From NCBI GenBank assembly GCA_965153455.1, contig OZ234494.1, positions 6,262,001-6,326,000 on the forward strand: a stretch of 64,000 nt of DNA, read 5' to 3'. Positions within the stretch are counted from its first letter, which is position 1. Each line of letters starts with the position of its first letter. Below, one piece after another: positions 39,932-52,187 of this stretch. The notes under the pieces are model-generated. The model saw only the letters and a program-made list of their open reading frames with translations. It did no database searches and was not told where the DNA came from. The stretch comes from Sphagnum compactum. Taxonomy: Eukaryota. The translations under genes were made by a program, and so were the position numbers.

Positions 39932-42147
39932 TCTTATATATAAAGTGCCTTGTCCGTGCGTCCGTGCGTGCGTCGAGGTCCTGACAGTGGAGGTCTTGAA
40001 ACCCAGATCCCAACTGTCCGTCCGTCGAGGTCCTGAAACCCAGATCGGGACCCGCCTGTCCGTCCGTCTGGTCGAGGTCCTGAAACCTGCCTGGCTCCTC
40101 TTTTCCGGGTTTTCATGAAACCCGGCAGTTGTGTGCACGAAAACCCGGCAGTTCTGTGATTATGTGGATGAAATATTATACGTTTTAGTTCCGTGCAATG
40201 AGCTCAGAGTTCTGGATGGGTGGTTATGAGGATGAGATATCATGTATTTGTAGTTCCGTCCAATTAGGAGGATTGATTATGTGGATGAAATATTTATGTA
40301 TTCGTAAGTTCCGTCCAATTAGGAGTTCTGGATGGATGATTATGCAGGTGAGTATGGGGACTCCCAGTTTTTTCACAGTGCCGTGTCGTGCCTTGCAGGC
40401 ACGGGAGCCCACTAGTTTAAGACAAAAGTGCCTTGTCCGTGCGTCCGTGCGTGCGTCGAGGTCCTGACAGTGGATCTGGGTTTCAGGACCCGCCTGTCCG
40501 TCCGTCCGTCGAGGTCCTGAAACCCAGATCCCAAATTGTAAAATAACCACCCAAAAACCTGCCTGGCTCCTCTTTTCCGGGTTTTCGTGAAACCCGGCAG
40601 TTCTGTGATTATGTGGATGAAATATTATACGTTTTTAGTTCCGTCCGTCCAATGAGCTCAGAGTTCTGGATGGGTGGTTATGAGGATGAGATATCATGTA
40701 TTTGTAGTTCCGTCCAATTAGGAGGAATGATTTGTGGATGAAATATTGAAGATTTTGTAGTTTTGTCCACTTAGAGTTTTGGATGGATTGATTATGCAGG
40801 TGAAAATATTACGTATTTAGAGTTCCATCTAATTAGGAGTTCTGGATGGATTGATGATGTGGATGAAATATTATGTATTTATATAATTCTATCCACTGAG
40901 GGGTTCTGAATGGATGATTATGTGGATGAAATATCATTATATTTGTAATTCCGTCCAATTAGGAGTTCTGGATGGATGATTATGTGGATTTGTCGTGCCT
41001 TGCAAGGCACGACACGGCACTGGGAAAAAACTGGGAGTCCAAAGGAGACCCCAAAGAACCCCATACTCACCTGCATAATCATCCATCCAGAACTCCTAAT
41101 TGGACGGAACTTACGAATACATAGATATTTCATCCACACAATCAATCCATCGAAAACTCTAAGTGGACAAAACTACAAAATCTTTAATATTTCATCCACA
41201 AATTATTCCTCCTAACTGGACGGAACTACAAATACATGATATCTCATCCTCATAACCACCCATCCAGAACTCTGAGCTCATTGCACGGAACTAAAAACGT
41301 ATAATATTTCATCCACATAATCACAGAACTGCCGGGTTTTCGTGCACACAACTGCCGGGTTTCACGAAAACCCGGAAAAGAGGAGCCAGGCAGGTTTCAG
41401 GACCTCGACCAGACGGACGGACAGGCGGGTTTCAGGACCTCGACGGACGGACAGGACCTCGACTTTCAGGACCTCGACGCACGCACGGACGCACAAGTGA
41501 CTTTATATATAAGTGGTACCCCGTGCCTGCAAGGCACGACACGGCACTGGGAAAAAACTGGGAGTCCAAATATAATGATATTTCATCCACATAATCATCC
41601 ATTCAGAACCCCTCAGTGGATAGAATTATATAAATACATAATATTTCATCCACATCATCAATCCATCCAGAACTCCTAATTAGATGGAACTCTGAATACG
41701 TAATATTTTCACCGGCATAATCATCCATCCAGAACTCCTAATTGGACGGAATTACAAATACATGATATTTCATCCAAATAAATCACCATGCAAAACTTAT
41801 CATTAGGCGGAACTTACGAATACATAAATATTTCATCCACATAACCACCCATCCAGAACTCTGAGCTCATTGGACATATTTCATCCACATAATCACAGAA
41901 CCGCCGGGTTTTCGTGCACAGAACTGCCGGGTTTCACGAAAACCCGGAAAAGAGGAGCCAGGCAGGTTTTTGGGTGGTTATTTTACTTTTACAATTTGGG
42001 ACCTCGACTTTCAGGACCTCGACCAGACGGACGGACAGGCGGGTTTCAGGACCTTGGGTTTCAGGACCTCGACGGACGCACAACACCTCCACTGTCAGGA
42101 CCTCGACGCACGCACGGACGCACGGACAAGGCACTTTATATATAAGA
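39932..42147. mobile_element. Palindromic four-copy cluster of a non-autonomous Helitron (+,+,-,-)
   Basis: Copy A at 39932-40415 is complete: A|TCTTATATATAAAG ... hairpin CGTGCCTTGCAGGCACG ... CTAG|T. Copy B ~40425-40990 (+), copy C ~40995-41513 (-), copy D ~41512-42147 (-). The outer 63 bp are perfect inverted repeats. Confidence 0.88.
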
Positions 42148-43872
42148 TTGAGTGTCCCAAGTGGGGAGGGAGGGGGGGGGGGGCTGGGAACACTTAGGTA
42201 TTTAATAAGTCATGAAGTTGGTAGGCTATACTGACCGTATATATAATTCTTGCTTTCAGCACTAAGTACTAAGTATATGGTATGTGTGTGTTCATGGGTG
42301 GTTTGTTGTTGTTAGGGTGGTTGTCTTGGGTTTCACATCTCGCTTATAACCAAATTTGGTTAAATCTTCTTGTGAACAAACGATGACCACTTCAGCTACA
42401 TCACAAAATTGGCTCCAAAAAAAAAAAACAAGGCCATGAAAACAACTTGATAATATGAGAAGGATTCAACACTTCATTTCTCTCACATACCAAGATGCCA
42501 AATCCATTATTGTCAAACTATTTTTCCTTGGTGTCCTTTGTGTGTGCGTATGCGTACATGCACTTATTAGTTAGGTTGGAATAGTCTAAGGTCTACAAAT
42601 ATTGGGTTGTTTTCCAAAAGGCTAAAGAACTTGCACTTGTACAACAACAATCCTCCCATGTGCGCAAGGAGCAAGCAAGTGGTGCACGAATCTTTCTTTC
42701 CATAATGCCAAATTCACATTCATTAGCACTTAACTTACTCCACAAGTGCTCCACAATTCATAGTTGACACACGATTTACTAAACCAACAACCCATCTTGA
42801 AGTTCAACCTTCAAACTAATGTTGGGCAAATATATAGTAATGGAACCTTTGATATACACACAATGATATTGGTTCTAATGTCAAGAAACCGACCAAATTG
42901 GTACAATTGTTGGTATAACACTCCTACGATACCCTACTTACCCTTATGACCTTTGTCGTAGGGTTGTCCAAGGGTATTTATTAATACCCCCCTATTGATA
43001 CACAACATCCCTACTAGCACATAGCTTTTGAAGATACAAGTTGAGATGAGTAGAGGTGTTATGCAATTTCAATAGACTACTTCACCATAGATTTCAAAAA
43101 CTCTAACATTCCATATTTATTTGTGTTAAGTACATTTTGAAAATCAAAATTGAAAGTTAAGAATTTCATTCATTCTTTTTTCCTTGCTTTTTATGTTTTT
43201 TTTTTTTTTTTCCCCTCAAAAACTATGGAATTAATGTTCAAATGTGATTTTCCATTTAAACAAAGGTAAAATGTTATCTAGGAATACTAGGTTAATATGA
43301 TACTAGGTTCTATTAAACTTGGAAAATCACTACTATTATTACCCAGATGGGATCCAATAAGACACAAATCATCCATCCATCCATCCATCACCTCAGGTTT
43401 CATCACTTTCAATATAAGAAACCCTTTGAATCGGTTCGTTGTAAAAGAGGTGGGATCTATATCATATTGCCCCACTTGTAAGTTCCCATGGATGTTTTTC
43501 ATCCACACAATGGGGGTCTACCTACAAAAGATTGCTCTCCCCATTGCATTGCAGATGACTATTATAAGTCAGATTTTGAGACCAGTTGGACAGGACTGGT
43601 CTGGACCCATTTCCTTCCACCCTAGCAACATGACAACAAACAAACCAGTTACGGAATCAGCAGCAGTTGTGTTCCCCCAGTGTACCAGGGCCATGTTCCG
43701 TAGCATAATTTGGTACCCTAAACCTTGGAATGATCGGTTTGGGTGTCGTATTCCGGCACTTTTTTCAGGCATTTTCCGAAGTGGGACACACAAGTGAGTG
43801 ACCCATCTCATGGTTCCACTTTTGGTGCAGTCAGTTCCAGTTCCACTTTTGGTTTGGTGAGTTCCAGTTCCA

Positions 43873-44130
43873 CTTGTGTGTGAATCAACGGTGGAGAACA
43901 CAAACACACTTGAGATGTGAATCAATGGTGGAGAACACATGCATGCTTGAGATGTGAATCAATGGTGGAGAACAAATGCATGCTTGAGATGTGAATCAAT
44001 GGTGGAGAACACATGCATGCTTCAAGATGTGAATCAAAGATGGAGAATGCACACTTGAGATGTGACATCGACGGTGGAGAACCCACACTTGAGATGTGAA
44101 TCGACGGTGGAGAATACACGATTGAGATGG
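43873..44130. repeat. Minisatellite, 33-38-bp unit x~7
   Basis: CTTGAGATGTGAATCAATGGTGGAGAACAC-type units. Confidence 0.9.
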
Positions 44131-45104
44131 TAATCTTTGAGCTGGATAAGGAGAGATAGGTGTGGAGTTTGTTAACTTTGCAAAACACAATCTTGTCAGT
44201 TTGTGGACACTGGAGGTTCCACCGTTAGTCCCTGGATGGACTCTGCATGAGCCATTCGTTATTTGCTAGGAAACTGAAGGAAGGACATACATACGTGCGA
44301 CCACATGTTCTTTTTCTCCCTTTGAACCTCAAATTTCTTGAACCATAGCAGTGCATACTAGACATACTCAAGAGTGCCCTGTCAAAGCCTTGAACCTCAA
44401 ACTGCCTGAACCATGACAAAGCAGACATACTCAAGACATGGTTACTGCTCAATAATTTGTGGTGGACAGTATGGCTATTTGATCTTCAAGTTCACATCAT
44501 GCTACATGTGCAAGAACCACCAGAGTAAGATATGGCAAATTAGGGTCAGCTATACATTCTCATGGTTTGTATTTGGACACATATATACATGCATATAATG
44601 AAAAAAATCATAATATTAAATATAAAAGACAACATGTGGTCTTGCTTAAGTGCTTAACAAATATGTATATATATATATAGGTCTTTAAGGTTTTCATAAT
44701 TCTATAAGGTAGGTTGAAACTTTAAATTTTAATATTAATAAATTGGAATAATTAGCTTTGGTAATTAACTTTGGACGGTGCAATTTGGACAACCCGGATC
44801 TTCTAGGAGGAGAACACCACAATAAGTATAAGGTTGATCTCTGGGCCTCTCCCTAAACTATTTTTCATAAAAAATGAAATTATTTTGAATACATTTAATA
44901 ATAATGTGTATGTAGGTTAATGCAATGTCCAATAATTCATCTAATGAATGAATGCGCATGATTATTAGCATCACGTACGTGAAGGGCACATGCAACATAC
45001 TCTCCAAAGTATGGCCCTTGTGAGTGTTCAAAATGATTAACATGAGAATGAATTTTGCTCAAATGCTTGGACCCTTTGCAATTCTCCCAAAACCACCTCC
45101 CCAC

Positions 45105-45622
45105 AAGGCCCAGTACAAGGCCTTTCAGATTTTGGAAGGTCCAATTTTATGATTAGTCACTTCAAAAAAACTTAAAATGTGTTAAGGTCCAAGGGAAGGT
45201 CCCTATGTGGGCCTTCCCGATTTTCAAGCTCCCTTGACCTACAAGCCTGGGGGATCTCAAATCTGAAAGTGTTAAGGTCTTGTGAAGAAATAACCCTTGA
45301 GGAAAACCCTAAATATACAAAGGAAAAAATTTGCCCAGTTCTTTACGGTTGGGGAGCAGCCCAAAAATAGAAAGGAGAAAAATGACAATAAAAAAAGTGC
45401 CATGCTTTACATATAGGAAAGGTCTCGCTATGGGGGCCTTTCGAATTTTTTACCTCCCTCGGCCTACTGGCCTCAGGGATCTCAAATCCAGAAGGCCCCC
45501 TTAGTGAGACCTTCCCTTGTGTAAAACAAAGGGTCCTTTTTTCTTGTTATTTTCGAAGTGACTAATCATAAAACCAAACCTTCCGAAATCCGGAAGGCCC
45601 GATACAGGTTGTACTAGGCCTT
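45105..45622. mobile_element. Fold-back (long inverted repeat) element
   Basis: 45105-45171 is an inverted match to 45546-45622, including TTTTATGATTAGTCACTTC / GAAGTGACTAATCATAAAA. An internal ~120-nt hairpin lies at 45405-45525. No TSD recognised. Confidence 0.6.
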
Positions 45623-45947
45623 CCGAATTTCAGAAGGTCCAGTAAAACTGAGGTAACTCTGAGGTGAGTGGAGGATCCATGTTGGGGTCTACCAAAGCTA
45701 ACATGGACAAGTGCCAAGACCCATTGCTACAAAATCCTATTTTACAAAAATCCAGATGACCATTATTATGATTTATCATTTCATTTATTAAACTGTGAGT
45801 TTTTGCAATCACAATAGGTAGGAAGGAGGTAGTGTTGTAGTGTCCAGTATTTTTATTTTCTTTTGGGGAGTGGGGTGTGAGGGGATGGGGGAAACAAAAA
45901 AAAAAACAAGTGTAAGGGGGTGTGGTTGGGGGAAGAAAAAAACCAAA

Positions 45948-46140
45948 CCATGATTTTGCAAAAGCCTATGTCAAAATAGGTTTTTGCCAAATTAACATAG
46001 CCCCAAGTTGTGGGTGGTTACCATGATTTCGCAAAAACCTATATTGACATAGGTTTTTGCAAAACTAACATAGCCACAAGCCATGGTTGATTATGTGAAT
46101 TATGTAAAAACCTCCATCAATGAAGGTTTTTGCAAAATTG
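45948..46140. repeat. ~73-bp tandem units, each holding a palindrome
   Basis: GCAAAAACCTAT-N6-ATAGGTTTTTGC-type palindrome three times. Confidence 0.75.
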
Positions 46141-46589
46141 TCATTGCCACCAACATGATTTCGCCGCTACCTCGATTCTACAAATAAGACTTTTTATTTG
46201 GTCAAGTAGGCATTGAATATTCAATTATTAGTATTTCACATCATTTTGGAGATTCCTTTGTTCGCATATTGTGTTCCTTGGCCACTTCAACACATGTTCA
46301 TCAACTCATGAATTAATTTGCAATTTTTGATTTCAACAAATACAATATTCTTAAAGATTTACTTTCCAAAAAATCAATTTGCATATCTAGAATGGACTAA
46401 GGTATATGCAATTGCCTATTTGGAATAAACAATATTATGTGCCCTTCCTACCTATAATAGGGGCTTTATATATGTCAACCGTGATTTGTTTTATTTCACT
46501 TTTGACATAGATTCAATTTCAGTTTGCATTCAAATCAACTTCAATAGAGTTAATTTCCTTTTGCAAATTTCAATCCATGGGGAACCCTT

Positions 46590-46990
46590 TCATCAACATT
46601 GACACTTCAATCAGCCTTGGCACTTGAAATCAACATCGGCCCTTCCAATCGAACTTGGGACTTCATATCAACATTGACACTTCAAATCAGCCTTGGCACT
46701 TCAAATGGACATTGGCCCTTCCAATCAAACTTGGGACTTCATATCAACATTAACACTTCAAATCAGCCTTGACACTTGAAATCAACATCGGCCCTTCCAA
46801 TTGAACTTGAGACTTCATATCAACATTGACACTTCAAGTCAGCCTTAGCACTTCATATGGACATTGGCCCTTCGAATAGAACTTGGGACTTCATATCAAC
46901 ATTGAAATCAACATCAGCCCTTCCACTCAAACTTGGGACTTCATATCAACATTGACACTTCAAATCAGCCTTGGCACTTCTATGGACTTC
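46590..46990. repeat. Minisatellite, 76-bp unit x~5
   Basis: CATATCAACATT starts at 46664, 46740, 46816 and 46892, then a shortened unit at 46942. Confidence 0.92.
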
Positions 46991-47099
46991 ATAATAGCTT
47001 GACCACCTTAGATTGATTTCAGGTTTTTTTGTCAACAAGGGACATCACACCCACTTCCAACATTTTTTATTGTTCATGCTACATTAGGTCACTTTGAGG

Positions 47100-50000
47100 A
47101 ATTCAAGTCTACTTGTGACACCTTGGGTTCTTAGTGTCACTTCAAATATGTTTTACTATGAAGTTGCTCATTCCAATATTTTGGGAAGTTCTTTGCTTGG
47201 ACATGCTTTTGAGGGTTAGAAGTTGTTGAAGCATATAGGGGGTGAAAGGCAAGGGCACAATTTTTGGCCATATTGCAAGGTTCAACCACATTTGGAGGGA
47301 TTTAAAACGCTTTTGGATAGTCAAAAGTAAGGATTTTCTATTCAAGGACAAAAGATATGTAAGTGTTATACCATTCTCATAGGTGCAATATATTTTCTTT
47401 CAATTGTTTTCCTCCATTCCTTGAACATGACCATGATGCAGAGTACCCAAAAACATTGTCAAGATGTGCCAAGGCTTGATTTCTTTAGTGGATGTGTAAA
47501 GCAATGAAGGTTTACGTCATTGGTTTCACACCATTAAAGAATTAAGCAGAGCAATGGTTAGTTGTGTGTTGGGTATTGGAGGTGCGAAGGCTCGAAAGGC
47601 ATCTTTTGATGTCGTTCAAAGTGTTCTTCACCCAATTGCAACCCAGGTTCGCCACACATCGTAGCAGTGTGAAAGAGTTTATAACCCTAAATTCCTATCT
47701 TTCATATATGTTGAACTATATTTGTTCAAGCAAAATTGTTTCTAATATCTTTGATGTGAACAACAAGCCTATTCAAATAGCAAGGTATGACATAAGCTTG
47801 TCCTTGTTAGGATAGGGTATCTAAAGGTAAACCTTCAAGCTGACAACAATATTGCATTGTGTTCTAGGGGTTCGAAGGCTAGGATTAAATCTTTTGATGT
47901 CATTCCAACTATTTATATTCCCAATTGTGACCAAGATTAACCATCCTTCAAAGGTATGCATTAAGGGTTTCTACTTCTATTTCTGATCGAATTATCATGT
48001 GAATACAAAAAAATTCATCACAATCATTTCTATTCTAGTAATCTATCAATCTAGTAATAATAGATTACATCCAAAATAGATTCCAAATAACACATTTGAT
48101 TCAATAACATGGTGTGGATGTTCATATTTTCTTGTTGGCATACTAATTTCTACTTGCTCTACTAATGCATCTTACAATATTTCAAAAAACTCATGTTATT
48201 GTTGTTGTTTAAATGGTGTCCCCATCATTGTTCCCTTCAACTGCTTCATCATCTATGAACTTCCTCATAATTTCCCTTCTTCTCCTTGAGACCAAAGATG
48301 TGGTTTGATTTGGTATGCTTCCTATTGTGAGGGATGCCATCACCGTTGCCTTTTCCTCTGCATATATTGGTAGTCCTTGCCTTTTTGGACTATCTTACAT
48401 CGTTCTGAACAATTCTTAAAGGTTTGGATATATGCCATGTGCAATTTCATCTATTAGTAACATTACCTATTATATGTGTGTAAACCACCTATTGTATGTG
48501 TTTACACAGTTGATATGTCTTACTATTTGGGACTCACCCTCTCCCCTCATCAGATACCATGTTTGATGTTGATCAGTCATCAATTTCTATGTTGATGGAT
48601 GGGACAACCTCATCATTGTTTTCATCCTCAAGATTCATCCACTATTGCCATGGTTCTTACTTCAACTAATGGGTCATCCATTAGCTTGGCCCTTGCTGAG
48701 AACATTGTATCCAAAAGAAATTCATGGATGGTTATGTCCCCTTTCGACCTGCATGTTGAGCTCCCAGTCTCAAGTGCTGCAAGAATACAAGAACTTGCAC
48801 ACATGTGAATTTCCCCCTTAACAAAATTACATTGCCTTTCCTATACAATTTTGATATTAATTTGTATGCAAGTTCCATGGGATATATGTTGTTGTTATCA
48901 AATCTAGAATTCCTCCACCAAGTGCTCGCAATAACATTCACTAAGTTCCTACATTAGAACATGGGTTGTCTCCTTTGCCCCCTCCAAAGAACCCCTTCAC
49001 TTCCCTTTTTGAATGTTTCATCATTCATGACATTGTATAAGACATCAAAATTAATAGGGTTTATGTTTAGATCAATGTAGGTTATCGAATTGTCAATCAA
49101 TCGAAAAGTTTGTTCTGGTTGTGTCCAACAAATAACCTCGAATAATAGTGTCTGCATATACCCCCGCTCCTCATTAGTTTTTTTAAGTTTGTGTGTTGAG
49201 GTATTGATGTTTTCCTAAACATATATATTTTTACATGTGCTCTTGGAGGATGTAAAGGTATTGAATTGATCATTGTCCACCACGTGAATTCCCTATTGAA
49301 CAAGGTCCCTCACATGTGTTTTTACATCTCCATCTGGAATTCACGATCCCAACAATCATGAATAAAACTCCTACGCCATCACAACCCCATAGGTTCACCC
49401 CTGCGACTATTGTTTCAAACCACTCCGGTGTTGCTCTTGCATTCCAACTAGGGCATGACTCCATTGGTAAACTATGCATTTTGTACCCATCCGGCACGTC
49501 CACCATGATGAGATTGAAATGTGTAATTTCTTTCTTCCCTTCTCTCCCCTTAAATCTTGGTAATGTAAGCTACATTCCCATTGATGTCCAATAGTTAGAT
49601 TTCTCAAGGTTTATTCAACTTGAAATGTGATCAATAGATTCGGTTTTAATTGTTTTGCAAACTGGTAACATGTTTGTACTCCCCAAACTTGTCTACAACG
49701 GGCATTGTTTCACCCTTCTGCCTTGTAGGTTTGGATCCAAGATTCAAGGATTAAAATCACATCCCTCTATAGAACTACTCTACTTGTGTTTGCCACTATA
49801 GAGTAGCCTGCAAAATGTTTTTTTTTTTTTTTTTTTTACATTTGTTGCATTTGCCTTCTTGCCATTACCACCCCCCCTTGTTGATGCGCCCTTTCATCCT
49901 CCCCTTCATGTTCCCTTGGTGATCCCTTTTATTGATTTAATAAATAAAATTGTCTAAGCCCCAATGAAATTTGGATCAAAATTTGTTGCATTGGACCCTG

Positions 50001-50620
50001 AAATTAGATGCATTACAGTGTGCATCCCCTCTGGGTCTTAATCTCTTCTTGCCTTTTTTTGTTGTTAAAATTGGGTTTGCAAGCACATTTTTTGAAGTTC
50101 TTGATATCTCTTTAGCTACAACAACATCCACTTACAACAAACCTAGTGTCCCTTTAGTTGGATTTTACGTCTTTTCTTTACAATTCTCAAATAATTCCTT
50201 CTCTTCATCATGAATTGTTGGGACATGTAAATTTAAATACCAACCTCCTACTCATAGGTGAGGAAGAAACCACCCCTTCAATTGTAATTCTCTCCAAAAT
50301 ACAATACTTAGTTTTGCCCACAATAGGAACCAAGATGGCAACATTTAAGGTCAGTATTAGAGGATCAATCTTTTTTCTACATGTCAAATTTGTTTCACTT
50401 TTGTGCATAAAACTTATCAATCATAATTTTCATTGTATAGTTAAAACACCTTTCTTGTTTTTACATCTTGGACATGGTCAATTACATGGTTAAGATTTGT
50501 TATTTTGTGAATGACATTTTTGCAATTGACAAGTTCCATGGAAGGACGCAACATACCCTATAAACAATGTGAAATATAGTTGGCCAAAGTTGTTGGATAA
50601 AATTGTGGATTGGAAGGCAT
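47100..50620 (-). other. Decayed coding-like relic, probably transposon-internal; unidentified
   Basis: A chain of short minus-strand ORFs in different frames (47142-47351, 48732-49607, 50208-50420) lies between repeat arrays. No motif recognised. Confidence 0.25.
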
Positions 50621-51566
50621 GGCATTTGTACTACAAATGAAAATTATCAATGGGAAGGACTACCATTGAGGTATTCACAATTGAAATTTCAATTCAAAAA
50701 AATTGTAGAAACTTAATGTGTCAAGGGAGTGATACATTTTTTATTTTATTTTTTATAATGATGGACAACACCAAACATGTTCAAGAATCTAGTTGATGTG
50801 AACCTATGCCAACATTTTTTGAACATTTATGGGTTAAATTCATCACAATTGTTTACATCTATAGACGTTATTTACTAGTTCAATCCTATTAGTTTATTGT
50901 ATGTAAAGCATTTTGGAGCAAATGAGGTTGTTTGCTAGTGAAAATCTCTGGCATTACAATGTAAAATCAATCTTATGAATGAATTTAAAATGTGTTTTCA
51001 TGTTTAGTGTACTCATTTACCTCAAATTTCCCCCATTTTGCCTAGAAATAGTATTTATGGGTGTACAATTTTAACAATTGTAAAGTAGAAAATATTGGGT
51101 CTAATACCTTTAGATTTTTCAAAGTAATGCAATGATTGTAATAACAGAAGGTGAATCGTTTAAAACATGTTTGATTATCACTCATAATGTTCCAATTTGA
51201 ATGCACATATACTTCAAAGCAAATGGATTAATTGGTGATTAAACATCCCAACCTTAAATGGTCGAATATCTAATCAATAATAAACAAGGAACATTTTAGT
51301 ATATCATTAAGATCTCCAATTATAATTGATATGGTTTTATGAAACAAAGTGGATGGGAAATTTTTCAGCATTTAAAGGTTGAATTAGAATGATAGCAAGG
51401 ATAGTTAACATCAAAAGAGGTGCACAAACATGTTTCCAAAATTCAATTTAAAAACTCAAGAATAATATGTCTTGGAGGTTTCAAATTGTCATAATTGTCG
51501 ACTAATCTTGGGTCTCATTTCATGGACCACATGATTTTCTACCATGGCAATCACATGCATTGACAT

Positions 51567-51705
51567 GTCAGTGTCACATCACCAATATGTGGATTAATTA
51601 TTTGACATGTCAATGCCACATCAACAATATGTGGATTAATTATTTGACATATCAGCACCACGTCAACAACTAATACATTAATTATTCAACATGTCAACAC
51701 CACAT
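51567..51705. repeat. Tandem repeat, ~42 bp x3-4
   Basis: TTGACATGTCA..G.CACATCA.CAATATGTGGATTAATTAT units. Confidence 0.85.
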
Positions 51706-52187
51706 CATTGCCATGTCAAATGCTATGATGTCATAACTTAGGATCCACCCAAAAATGTGACAAAATTTGTGCACCCACACACCTTTGCACTCGAAATTTT
51801 GCACCCATGCATTCACAACCTCTGCATTCCCAATAACCACTTTTGTGCAAGGGTCAGTTATTATATGAGAGTGGTTATATGAGAATGCACCCACAACCTC
51901 CATACTCCAATGACCACTCTCGAAGTGCACATCTAGGTTTTATATAATGATATTTGTCACACAATCCCAAAACAATGTCCTCATGAATCTAAACACAATT
52001 AAAAGAACCCAAAGGGACTTTAGATGTTAACACTAGCCATTCAAACACTAAGAAAAATAATGTCCACGACAAGTACACTAGCTAATAACTAGAGTTCCAA
52101 AATAATTAATATACAACTATGCTAAAATTGTCCCATGGAGTTATGGGGAATTAATAAATAAATGTCATGTCAAAAAATCAAGAATTG

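Noticed and set aside
39752-42234. Cluster of overlapping 60-128-aa ORFs
   Set aside because: They are by-products of the GC-rich Helitron repeats and occur on both strands as mirrored peptides.
43297-43797. 166-aa ORF, among the longest in the window
   Set aside because: It runs through a (CATC)n microsatellite and a repeat end and shows no recognisable domain. A minus-strand exon relic is possible but unidentifiable.
43873-46990. Tandem arrays (33-38, 73 and 76 bp) as CRISPR-like repeats
   Set aside because: The intervening sequences are themselves repeated rather than unique spacers, no cas-like ORFs are present, and the context is a plant nuclear genome.
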